Assembly: GCF_018350175.1 (NCBI RefSeq)
Contig: NC_058373.1
Span: 109,060,001 to 109,124,000, forward strand
DNA: 64,000 bases
Source of the DNA: Felis catus
Taxonomy: Eukaryota
Direction of reading: 5' to 3'
The notes beneath the pieces were generated by a model. It made no database searches and was not told where the DNA came from. It saw nothing but the letters and a program-made list of their open reading frames with translations. Position numbers and translations under genes: made by a program. Position 1 is the first letter of the stretch. Each line of letters starts with the position of its first letter. This document shows, one piece after another, positions 36,985 through 48,497 of the stretch.

Positions 36985-38900
36985 TCATTGTTTGAGCTTC
37001 ATTAATGTTGTCAACCTCCATAGAGTTGCTGGTTCACAATTAACACCCTTCTAAAAGGAATGTGCCAAGTAGAATGGCCTAGGAGCCCCACAAGAGAGAT
37101 TTTTCGGACTGGCAAAGCCACCAAATCCAAATCTGCTTTCCTAGTTTTCTCACCAGGGCGAACATCCATGTTAAGACCTTCTTTGCGGACTTCTTGGGAG
37201 AAGTCAGCTGCCTTAGAGTAAAGGGAATGAGGCCCTGCCAGCCATTGTTCTTTGCTCCACACCACCACTCCCCCTCCCAAGCAGTCTGTGGAGAAAGTCT
37301 TCCCAGTGGATTTCTCTAACAAGCCACTTGGTGACCGTCAGGTGTGAAAATGTTACTATTCATAAGCCGGCAGTCAGCCTCACTTTATGGAATCATAAAT
37401 CCAGAAGGCTGGATCTGATCTCTCGTGCTTGCTTTTTTCTGGTGCAACAGACCCTTCCCCATGCAACAGTGCACTTTATAATGGCTAAGTAGGCCATCTG
37501 ACATCCAGTCTCTGAATTTCCGAACATTAGGAAACACTAATTTTCTCACTCAGGAGGAGGTATGTATCTTCCTGCCACGGGAAACTAACTTTCAAAGGAC
37601 CTGTGTTACATATTACCCATTTTACATGCTGGGATTATGATGCCATTCACAGCCACCTTTAAAGTAGTTGCTAAAATACCTGTAAGAGAGGGAAGCAAAT
37701 CCCTGGCCAGGGTCCAGTGCCCAGCATCACCTCTGTGCCCTGTTGTTAGGGGAACCTGGCTGATTCCTGCACGCAAAATGAGCAGTTCCCGTGTTTAGCC
37801 TGCAATTTGCATTCCAGATTGCGAGTTTCCTGAGGGATGGAGCCTCTGCTGAACCGCTACAGATTGACAACGCTCTCTAAAGGATGAAACTGTGGACACA
37901 GCGCAAACCCCAGTGACATCAAATGTCAACTTCTGAAAGTGTTGGGCTAAATCAAGTATAACCTGATTCAGAAAGAAGAGGCAGAAAATGAATGACTTTC
38001 TCTGGGAGAAATTACTGTAGCCTCGCTGGGTCATCTGAGTGTCTCTGATTATTTAGTAGAATGACTTGATTTGACTCTTTTGGGGAAAGATCACTTGATT
38101 AGAATGTCAAAATCTATTAAATGCACCTTTCAGATGGGGAAAAAAACGGACATTCCAGGAAGACAGATACTATTTTGGTCATAATCGTTAACTATTAAGA
38201 ATTCAATCTGACCACAGAGCAGATCTCTATTTTTTTGTTTGTTTGCAAAATGTATATAATGCTCTAAAATGCTTCCTATTCTACATACATTGATATGTTT
38301 TAAATATAATATTTATTTCACTTTTTTGGCACTGTAAACATCTTGAAAACACCCCTTTGAATAACCAAAATTCTTTCAAAATCTGTTGTAAAGTGTTACA
38401 AACTACTTAGAATCAACACAGAAACCTTTTGAATACACGTCTATTGATCTCGATATTTTCTGAGGTTCCTCAGAGAATAGAAGAAGCTGAGTCAGTGGAT
38501 TAAGCTCAAAAACTGATGGGAAGAAATTCCTACAAGGACAAACTATATCATCAAATTTAGATGTTAACTTGGGGGTTGGGTGGGAGGAACCCCCCCAAAG
38601 AGCTCTACCTAAAAATATACTAAAGTACTGATCCACGAACAGATCCAAAGTTAACATTATATATATATATATATACACACACACATGTAAAATACATACC
38701 TGTTATTATTTAGTATATATTTTATATTATATACATATTATATGTACAATCATAGGTGATCCATTGACTTCTTTTTCCATAACAGAGAAGGAAAAAGATA
38801 CATAAGAAACAAATATAGGAAAAATTGTGTATATTCAAAATTCAAATCAATACCTAAAGAAATTAGGGAAGCAAATATTATGTACATTTCTGTTTTAATA

Positions 38901-39117
38901 TATTTTTTAAATTTGTTTTAATGTTTATTTTTGAGAGAGAGAGAGGCAGAGACAGAATGTGAGCAGGGGAGGGGCAGGGAGGGAGACAGAATCTGAAACA
39001 GGCTCTGGGCTCTGAGCTGTCAGCACAGAGCTTGACATGAGACTCGAACTCAAGAGCTGTGAGACCGTTACTTGAGCTGAAGTGGGACGCTTAACCTACT
39101 GAGCCACCCAGGCGCCT
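38901..39117 (-). mobile_element. CanSINE
   Basis: Full reverse SINE; degraded TSD ending ttaata. Confidence 0.95.
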
Positions 39118-40082
39118 CTCGGTCTTAATAGAAATCCTTGCTTTTTTTCATTCAAAAGGAGGGATTTCCTACAAATGAAGATGGCGTGATATAGCACTGT
39201 ACTTCCAGAGGTCCCTTCATCAAATATTAATTGTTGAGAATTAAGAAGCGGTTGTTGACACATGGAAATGAATAGTCTGGTATCCAGCTATGACACCCCT
39301 AAAAAGGCACTATTGTAAGGCAGGATTCAGCCCTAAAATAAAATCAAATGTTTCAAGTGGACTGTTGGCTACTTTGAGGATTCCCAAGAAAAATAATTTA
39401 TAAAATTATAATTTTATCATTTCTTAGGTTAAATACTCTTCTGACTATACTAAATGCTTATTCCCTCATTTATTACTAGAAGACATATTTTCTTGCAATA
39501 AAAATAAACTCTAGTTTTGAAAAGGGGAGCTATCAAACAGACAGTATGATCTCCCTTCAAGTATGTTGGTAACTTACTGAATTCAGCCCCACTCTGAAAC
39601 TTGAGAAACACTGTCCTTAAATAGCTGCTTTGGAGGTATTACTGAAGAGTGAGGGATCTGTGAACCTATGTCCTGAGAGCTAAATGTGGAAAAGTTTTTA
39701 TTCTGTCTGGAAGCAGATCAAGACAGCCCTAAATAGAAGCAGCTTAAGGAATCAAAAGACTGCATAATTAAGTCTCTGCTTCCTCTAAATGCACATGATA
39801 AACTTCTGGAATTGCTGAAAGTCTGCCTCTTTCAACCACCATCAGCGGGGTGAGCGCCAGCCTGAAGCTGAGACATCTGGAGGCTGGAACTTCAGAACAG
39901 CGATTGGCTGTGTGGCCTCGAGCAAGTCGCCTCACCTCTCTTGGCTCACTTCCCTCCAGTGTTGATTTGAAGCCCAAATGAGACAAGGCCCGCGGTGTGT
40001 GAACTGCAAGGTACAGAGCTACATGAGTTTGGAGGTGAAACTTCTACAAGCCGCAGGGTACAGGCTATGGCCAGTGTTTCTA

Positions 40083-40304
40083 TTTTTTAAATTTTTTTTT
40101 TAACGTTTATTTTATTTTTGAGACAGAGAGAGACAAGCATGAATGGGGGAGGGTCACAGAGAGAGAGAGACACGGAATCGGAAACAGGCTCCAGGCTCTG
40201 AGCTGTCAGCACAGAGTCCGACGTGGGGCTCGAACTCACGGACCGTGACATCATGACCTGAGCCAAAGTCGGCCGCTTAACCGACCGAGCCACCCAGGCG
40301 CCCC
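40083..40304 (-). mobile_element. Feline CanSINE
   Basis: TSD atggccagtgtttcta at 40067-40082 and 40307-40322. Confidence 0.97.
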
Positions 40305-41857
40305 AAATGGCCAGTGTTTCTAGTAGTTCACACGCATTTGCGATCCTGATGATCAGCTAAGATAGTAGCTCTCTGCTCACACTCAAGGGTGTATGCAGAT
40401 TCTACAAGGGAAACGATGAGAAAAAAAAGTTTGTTCTTTAAAGTCCTTTCGAATGAGATGAAAGCACTGTTCTGACAAGCACAGCCCCTGGCATCAGGTG
40501 ATCTAAATTCACGCAATAGTGATGTCAACGTTGCTGTCTTCTGAAAGTGCTAGAGAGACGGGGCATTGTGTGGACTCCGCAGGCAGAAATGGTTAGAAAC
40601 TGCAGCTGGAAGTTAGCTCTAATTGTGATTTAACACTAATTCGTAATGGTCCCTTTCATAATCCTATTTCATAAGGCTCTCTGCCAAAATCGTCAAGGGC
40701 ATCATTTGTTTTTCTGGATGACAGTGATTATTGTAGTCAGTGATGATAAAAACTATGCTGGCCAGTATGTCAGATTCACTTTGCATTCATTCACTGATTC
40801 ATTCATTCAGTTACACAGCAGGCACTATTCTGGTCGTTGGCAATGGCAAAGAGATTACAGAAAAATACCTACTTTAAGGAGCTCGTTGTTTAATTGAAAA
40901 AACAAACATGCAAATAGGAAACCCAAGTACCACAATCAGTGCTATGAGAGAAGCACAGATTCTCTGGAATACTTCAGAGTTTTATGGAGAGCATATTAGC
41001 TTTTGTTCCAAGTGTGGACAGTGTTTTAGTGATGTCTTTTTAATTGGATACGAGCTTGCAGGGATATGGAATGAATATACTCCCGTATTTTGTTCAGCTG
41101 ATGTACCAGGGTGGGAGAAAGGGGGGAAAATAGTGGAGTTGGAACTCCCCTTATCAGAATCCTAGACTACTTCTTCAAAGATGCCAGTACTGACCCCTGA
41201 AATACATGTAGGCTGCAACACATGTACACCAAGCAAGTACTCAAAGCCTGTTCAGTATCCAATTCCAGTCTGTCTTCCATCTATAAAAGGTAATTGTTAT
41301 AGAGATGCTTCACTGCTCAAAGAAAAAAATACATTCCGTGTCACTGGATTCACCAGGATAAGAATGCTTTTTGGAAAGAAAAACAGTTACTGAGTTCTGA
41401 GCCTGTGCTAATGCATGAGTGACCCTAACCCACGATTTCTTTCCACTGTGATATTAAAATACAGGATTGGTGCTCTAGCCACCCATAAATGGCCAGCTGG
41501 CTTCTGTCACTCTCTACTTAAGAATACTGCCATTTGAGGAAAAGGATCCTGGTTTTATGGGAGGAAAGGGATAACTACTTTTATGTTCTGTTTTTCCAAT
41601 TTACAATTTGCATTCATCATTCTTGGGGGGAAATTTTTCTAAGTTTAAATGGGATCCTTTCTTAAATCACTGTAGGAGGGCAAGAACGTTTTGCGAGTAA
41701 TGATAATTATGCATTGCCGAGAAGTTACAGCAGCCAGTACTGAACGTTGATGCTGATGCATATCCCCAGTAATCCAGACCTATTTCAGTTGTAAGTTTTG
41801 ATTTTAGAAAACTTCTCAAAGTACTCCTTCACATTTAATTTAAAAAAAAAAAAAAGA

Positions 41858-42208
41858 GGGTTGTTGTGTCCTCCTCCCAAATCATATATCTAAGCTCTAA
41901 CCCCCAGTGTGGCTGTCTCTGAAGATGGGGCCTCTAAAGAAACATAGTTAAATGAAGTCATAAGGTTGGGGCTCTGATCCAACAGGATTAAGAAGAGACA
42001 CCAGAGACTTCCTTCACAGAGGAAAGACCATATGAGCACACAGCCAGAAGGCAGCCATCTGCAACCCAAGGACAGAACTCTCAGCAGACACCAACCTCGC
42101 TGGCACTTTGGTCTTGAACTTCTAGCCTGAAGACTGTCAGACAATACCTTTCAGTTTAACCATCCAGTCTGTGTTATTTTGTTATGGCATTCTGAACAGA
42201 TTAATATA
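41858..42208 (+). mobile_element. MLT1A-like MaLR solo LTR
   Basis: ctaacccccagtgtggctgt...ggggcctctaa, agaaggcagccatctgcaa, ttttgttatggca. Confidence 0.85.
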
Positions 42209-42384
42209 AGGGATAAATTAATACTGTTAATAGGTCTTGGATTAGCTTGTGTCTGAACTAAGGGGTATACAGATGTTTAGTAAAAAGGAGCATAAACTAG
42301 GAGCAAGATGGATCTCCAAGGCAACCATAGAGGTGTTTCTTTGAGACCACAACTAAGGGCAAGTGTCAGTTTGGCATCACTTTT

Positions 42385-42479
42385 TTTTTTAAGTTTTTTG
42401 AAGTTTATCTATTTTTGAGAGAGAGAGCAAGCAAGGGAGAGACAGAGTGGCTTAACCAACTGAGCCACCCAGGCGCCCC
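42385..42479 (-). mobile_element. CanSINE with large internal deletion
   Basis: Only the first about 30 nt of the head joined to the CT region and tail; TSD ttt(g/a)gcatcactttt. Confidence 0.9.
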
Positions 42480-42710
42480 AATTTAGCATCACTTTTGATC
42501 AAGGTCCAAGGAGATCCACTCCATCATAATAGTAGATGTACCGGAAACATTTCTCTAGAATCGTTTGGCTTAGAAATTTTCATGACAACAGCAATAAAGT
42601 TAGCAGAGCCATGGAATGAAAAGACACATTAGTTCTCTGTCCATGACCACTCAATCTGGAACCACAAGAGGGGTTTCTACTCATTAACATAATAGATATG
42701 GTATTTAAAA

Positions 42711-42909
42711 ACATTATTTTATTAAGTTTATTTATTTATTTTGAGAGAGAGCACATGGGAGGAGCAGAGAGAGAGAAAGAACCTCAAGCAGACTCCACAC
42801 TGTTACAGTGTGGAGCCCGATGTGGGGCTCAAACTCACGAATCGTGAGATCATGACCTGAGCCAAAATCAAGGGTTGGTTGCTTAACCACTGAACCACCC
42901 AGATGTCCC
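42711..42909 (-). mobile_element. CanSINE
   Basis: Imperfect TSD atagatatggtatttaaaa / atagacatggcctttaaaa. Confidence 0.95.
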
Positions 42910-43849
42910 ATAGACATGGCCTTTAAAAGGGAAGCCCAGTTTATTGCACAATTTTAGGACTATATTCACATTGTTCGGTCTTAACTATTTTTCTTTCTTT
43001 TCAAATTTCAGTTAGCGATCTCTTCCCAGTTGGTTTTTTTGGAACTGACCACATGGTTATCTTAGTTCTCATTCCTAACAAAGAATCGTTCTCAGTATCA
43101 GCTCATTCCCTGTTTCCTGCTGTCAGTCAGGTCTCAGATTTTCCCAATTCTGTATGAAAATACTTGTTTTCCTTTTATTTCTTTCTTCCAATCTTTCTTC
43201 CTTCCTCCCCCTCTTCCCCCTTTTTAATCAACAAACATTTTTAGTACTAATAAATGTCACTTCTGGCAGGAAACTTGTCAGTATTTTTTTTCATAACTTC
43301 TAATGTGAAAGTGCTCAATTCTTAAGAAAATAGGTGTAAAAAATAGGAGTTTTATTTAATGTGAGAAATTTCCTTTTTTACACATGTTTATACTAACGGG
43401 GTGGCAGCCAGTATAGTTCTTAAAAGTATTGACAAGATAGCAGAGAGTATATTAGAAACATAGTATTATCAGCAAAGCAGTATTTTACCGTGTTCAGTAA
43501 CACTTCTTGAACAACATTGATATGTCGGAAGTTCCATGCTTTTACTAAAACTGAGACCCTTCACAACGCAAGCGGCACACCTGCTGTGGCCACACCACAC
43601 ACATTGGCTCGCACTGAGACTGGGAATCCTGTTCACAACTCTGAACACTGCCGATAGCCTGGTTTTTCTGCTCTGCTGTTAGTTTTATCCCTAATCATGA
43701 TGTGAAAAACACTAAAATCAGTCTACAAATCATAGGCAAACTCATGCCGTCTACCTTCCTTTTTCCCTGTTAAAAATGAACACAGCCAAGTATTGCATTT
43801 TACTCACAGTCTTCGACACAAGGCTTTTAAACTAGGCTGGCTAGTAAAA

Positions 43850-44030
43850 ATACCACCAGCATGGAATTCAAAGGACTTGGATTCCCATCCCAGCCCTGAT
43901 GCTTATTTGCTAAGCAAACCTGAGCAAGTCACTTAATTCACTGGGTCTCAGTTTTCTCATCTATAAAGAAAATAAATTGGACTAGGGGGTCTGCAAGGTC
44001 ATTCCTTCCTCTTGAATATTATTCCGTTTA
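43850..44030 (+). mobile_element. MIR
   Basis: cctgagcaagtcacttaattcactgggtctcagttttctcatctataaa. Confidence 0.8.
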
Positions 44031-44042
44031 AAATGAAATTCT

Positions 44043-44320
44043 GGGGTGCCTGGGTGGCTCAGTCAGTAAGCATTCAACTCTTGATTTCGGCTCAGATCAT
44101 GATCTCACGGTGGTGAGACTGAGCCCCAAGTCAGGCTCTGTGCTGAGCTATGGAGCCTACTTGAGATTCTCTCTCTGCCCCTCCCCTGCTCATGCTCCCT
44201 AAATAAATATACAAATAAATAGAAATGAACAGTCACAATTAAAATATAAAATAATGAAATAAAATAAAATAAAATAAATAAAATAAAATAAAATAAAATA
44301 AAATAAAATAAAATAAAATA
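44043..44320 (+). mobile_element. CanSINE with expanded (AAAAT)n tail
   Basis: Head and body plus about 120 bp tail; TSD aaaatgaaattct / aaaataaaatcct. Confidence 0.95.
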
Positions 44321-44789
44321 AAATAAAATCCTAATGCCAGTCATGTCATCATCACCTCCTGGAATCCCTCCCTGTGTCTTCCTCTGGGATGAGTTGGATT
44401 CATCTCCTCTATGACCCCCACCCACACTCTCTACCCTGAATGTAATCCTCTCATAGCATTTATCGGGCTCTGTTAGGATTTATTTGACTCTTGCTAGACG
44501 GCAGGCCCCTAGAGAGCAGGCACTGGGCCTTTTATCTCCATGACCACCTAGGTATGTAGTAGGGCCGTGATGGATGCATACTGATATACACTGAGCCAGC
44601 CAATACTCTCTGTGCCACACTTTGTCAAAGGGTCTTATCAGAAAAGGTACCAAAAATAGCAAATAAAACTCCTCACTCATCCAAATAGTCAGTCTGGAGG
44701 AAAATATGTTCATGCTAGCTTGAAAGTGAAGGAAATATTTAGAAACAACTCAAAATCCCAACCACACTTAATGTGGCCATAAGTAAATG

Positions 44790-44967
44790 TTTAGCAGAGA
44801 CCACACTGTTTGAATAAACAGAGGAGGCACAGTGAGCCACTCTCACCCATTAACCTGACGGGAACCCTCCTGAAACCGAGTTCCCAGGTGCCAGCCAAGA
44901 GCCTGCTCTAGAAGCAGGTCTTCTAAAGCACAGCAGTCACACCTGCTACATTAACTCTTTTTACACA
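44790..44967 (-). mobile_element. MER21-like LTR fragment
   Basis: gggaaccctcctgaaaccgagttcccaggtgccagccaag...cctgctacattaactctttttacaca matches the reverse of the recalled MER21 5' end. Confidence 0.7.
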
Positions 44968-45143
44968 GACAGTAAACTTCATTGCATCACAACTAGGCAG
45001 AATGAGCAGAAGTGCACGAATTGCTTCAACAGTCTGATTAAAATCCCTTACAATTTAGAGATCACCTGTGCTGGGTGTGCCGCTTGCCTTTTCAGACCTG
45101 GACCTGAGGGTTGGTCCTCAAGTTAATAAGCACCATTTTGTCT

Positions 45144-45343
45144 GGGGCACCTGGGTGGCTCAGTCAGTTGAGCATCCGACTTTAGCTCAGGTCATCAGTT
45201 CGCGAGTTCGAGCCCTACATCAGCCTCGCTGCTGTCAGCACGGAGCCCACTTTGGATCCTCTGTCCCCCTCTTCCTGCCCCTGTCTCACTTGCATGCTCT
45301 CTCTCTCTCTCTCTCTCAAAAATAAATAAACATTAAAAAAGAA
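45144..45343 (+). mobile_element. CanSINE
   Basis: TSD ttaataa(g/a)caccatt. Confidence 0.95.
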
Positions 45344-45616
45344 ATTAATAAACACCATTCTGCCATTCCAGGAAATTGTAGCTTCACTTAATTAAGTACA
45401 TAAATACATAACCCAAGTCAGCGAGTGAGCCAACCTTCCGCTGTTGCTCTCCATGCCTTTTCTGAATGTGTTTAAACTTACTGAAAACTATGGAATTGTG
45501 TTCTTATTATTGAGAAAAATACACCAACCCGTCCTTTTGTTCAACTTAGTTCAGCTTCTGACTGTCGTGTGGGAGTTCTTGATCTCCAGCAGTCTAGGGA
45601 AGCCTGTGTTGCTTTA

Positions 45617-45697
45617 TTTTTTTTTTCTAAGAAATTTTTATTTTATTTTTTTTAATATATGAAATTTATTGTCAAATTGGTTTCCATACAACACCCA
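45617..45697 (-). mobile_element. Ultra-short feline L1 3' stub
   Basis: atatgaaatttattgtcaaattggtttccatacaacacccagtg is the reverse complement of the L1 end at 57281-57324; TSD gtgttgcttta. Confidence 0.9.
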
Positions 45698-45944
45698 GTG
45701 TTGCTTTAAATGCACAAAATAAAATATATAGTATTGCAAATGGAAAAAAAAATAATGTTGAAGTCCAGTTATCAAAATATTAAAAAAGAATTCACAAAAA
45801 ATAGTCATCTGTGCTTTTTTAACAAAATAACCTCATCTTAGTAGCAGGTCTATAATAATTTCCATAATTATTAAACAGTGATGAGCCAAACACTTCAACA
45901 AGTACAATATAATAAGAAAATATCTATGAGTTATTTTGGTAAAG

Positions 45945-46055
45945 AAATAATACTATTTAATAATACTAATATATACTAATAATTGTAAATAATACTATTT
46001 AATAATACTAATACATACTAATAATTGTAAATAATACTATTTAATAATACTAATA
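45945..46055. repeat. 42-bp AT-rich tandem repeat, about 2.6 copies
   Basis: Unit aaataatactatttaataatactaata(t/c)atactaataattgt starting at 45945, 45987 and 46029. Confidence 0.95.
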
Positions 46056-46663
46056 ATACTGTAGTATGTTAGCAACCTTCATGATTGAAGGAAAAGCTAA
46101 ATTTCACTTAGAAAATAAAGAAAATTAAGATGTAATGATTTTTCTTATCCAAATTTATAGGCTTTAGGTAAAAATTTCAGGCTTCTATCATGAGATCAAG
46201 AGTTCATAAACTCACTCCATTTAGTTCACAAACATTCGGACCAAGAGCAAGCACACTTGGATTCATCAGTCTGGCATTCATCAAACTTGCATTGTTTGAC
46301 CATGTTATCTTTAAAAAAGCCAAAGCAAATTAGTTGCAAAACTAGTGTGGTTTTGTGTAAAAATTTGCACCTCTGGATTCTCTGGGGGAAAAAAAAAATG
46401 CAGACCAAGCAACACTGGGCTGGCATTCCAAGGCAGTGTGCAACCAGACCAAGGAGCCCCTGCCCCTCTTATGTATGGTGTGAACACTGGTCTTCAACAG
46501 CCACAGGAGCCTTGCCTCACTCATGCATTTTATTGACCTGTTTCTGCAGCCACCTCTCGTGTATGGTATTTTCCATTGCATGATAACCCCTGAGCGGCAA
46601 GTAATAGAGATGTTTTCTAATATAAGGGGGAGAGAATTGTATTTGCATTCTCATTGTCCTTCC

Positions 46664-47303
46664 CAGCAATTGACACATTAAGGCCCATGGAAGCTACCTG
46701 TTTGTGTAGATAAAATTTTGCTAAAGCACAACTATGCTCACTTATTTACATATTATATTTGGCTGCTGCTGTGAACTGAACTGTATCTCCCCAAACTTCA
46801 GATCTTGAAGTCCTAATCCCCTAATATGATATTTGACAAAGAGGTTTTGGGGAGCTAATTCGGTTTAGATGAGGTCATGAAGGTGAGGTCCTCATAAGAA
46901 TTCTGCCCTAAAAAGAGGCACTAGAGAGAGAACTTTCTCTCTCTCTCTCTCTCTCTCTCTTTTTCTCTCTCTTTCTCCCTTCCTCTCTTTCTGTCTCCCT
47001 TACTCACAGCCATGTGGGGACATAGAGAAAAGGCAGAGGTCTACAAGCCAGGAAGAAAAGAGCCCTTACTGGGGTACCCAGCTGGGTCCCGCACCTTGAT
47101 CTCGAACTTCTCGGCCTCCAGAGCTGTTTTAGGTAAATTCCTGTTGTTTAAGTGTACAGTATTTTGTTATGGCTCCCTGAGCTTAGACAGCCGCTTTCAC
47201 ACTACAGTGGCAAGCCTGAGTCATTGACACAGAGATTCTGTGGCCTTCAAATCCTAAAATATCTGCTGACTGATCCTTATCAGAGAAAGTTTGCCAACCC
47301 CTG
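46664..47303 (+). mobile_element. MER58A split by a MaLR LTR
   Basis: cctgtttgtgtagataaaattttg...ggctgc resumes as gctttcacactacag...aaagtttgccaacccctg. Confidence 0.85.
46767..47189 (+). mobile_element. MLT1A-like MaLR solo LTR
   Basis: TG...CA ends, ggtttagatgaggtcatgaagg, internal CT tract; 5-bp TSD gctgc/gccgc. Confidence 0.85.
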
Positions 47304-47768
47304 CTCTAGTTTATGGATGGAATTACCAGTTCTAGTTCTAGAATTTGTATAGAGAGGAACTTAAGGATGGTTAGCGGGATCTATGTTGGCATAACAAATA
47401 TCTTATCTTCCCGTAATGGTATCTTCCCGTAATGGAGATGGGGCAAGCAGCTAAAGCACTGACACACCCCCCATTATTGTGACCACCAGGAACCACACAC
47501 TTTACAGACCTCTCCACTGAGCCACCTCATGCGCTCATGAAACCAGAGCTGTAATCCGTGATGGCTGAAAATCTGGGTTCCAAATCCACTCCCCCCAACT
47601 CACTAGGGACATGCCCTTAAATGATGGTTATGATAGCTATGGATATCAATAGCATACTACCGACGTAGTTTTGATTATGCAATTCACAACAAATGTGCAA
47701 TTCACAAAAAATCTTCAATGCAGGAATGCTTGCAATAATAGCAATAAGAACAAAATATCCTTTTATTA

Positions 47769-47895
47769 GGTTCACCTGAGTGGCTCAGTCGGTTAAGCTT
47801 TGACTCTTGATCTCAGCTCAGGTCTTGATCTCAGGGTTGTGAGTTCAACCCCCGCGTTGGGCTCCAAGCTGGGTGTGGAGCCTACTTAAAAATAT
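47769..47895 (+). mobile_element. Short CanSINE lacking the CT region
   Basis: Head ends ggagcctacttaaaa; perfect TSD atatccttttatta. Confidence 0.93.
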
Positions 47896-48019
47896 ATATC
47901 CTTTTATTAATAGCTCTGTGGGGAATGAAGTGAAAGTGAGGGAATGAGAAACTTATATGTTTGTGGAATATTGTTGTGGAAAAAAATATATCAAGTACGT
48001 GACAAGCCAAAGCAACATA

Positions 48020-48225
48020 TCACCTAGAGTTAGGTTTTAGAATCAGACAGGGATGGATTCGAAGGCAGACCCTGACCCATAATTGATTTGGTAACTAGCT
48101 GTCCCCTTCCCAGAACCTCAGCTTTTTCTTCAATGAAGTGGAAATCATAGTGCCTCATCTGTGGGTTATTAAAATTTTATAAGATCAATTATTAAATAAA
48201 AATGTGTTGAAGTGCACAGTTTTAA
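48020..48225 (+). mobile_element. MIR
   Basis: ttttagaatcagacagggatggattcg...aacctcagctttttcttcaatgaagtgg. Confidence 0.65.
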
Positions 48226-48294
48226 AATAGGCTCTGAAAATGATATTCTCATGAGTCATTGGAGGATATTTTCTGTTATTTTTATGAGAATACT

Positions 48295-48497
48295 TTTTAA
48301 AAATTTTTTAATGGTTATTTGAGAGAGAGAGCACGAGGTAGGGAGGGGCAGAGAGAGAGGGAAAGAGAGAATCCCAAACAGCCTCCACCCTGTAAGCACA
48401 CAGCCCATCGCGGGACTGGACCCCAAGAACCAAATTGTGAGGTCATGACCTGAGCTGAAATCAAGAGTCGAATACTTGACCGACTGAACCACCCAGC
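48295..48497 (-). mobile_element. CanSINE
   Basis: Reverse SINE missing the first few head bases. Confidence 0.93.

Larger units (their letters stand above)
45580..46160. mobile_element. hAT-Charlie DNA transposon (MER119-like)
   Basis: aaatgcacaaaataaaatatatag, cagttatcaaaatatt, gcaggtctataataa, ttgaaggaaaagctaaatttca resemble the recalled consensus. Confidence 0.55.
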
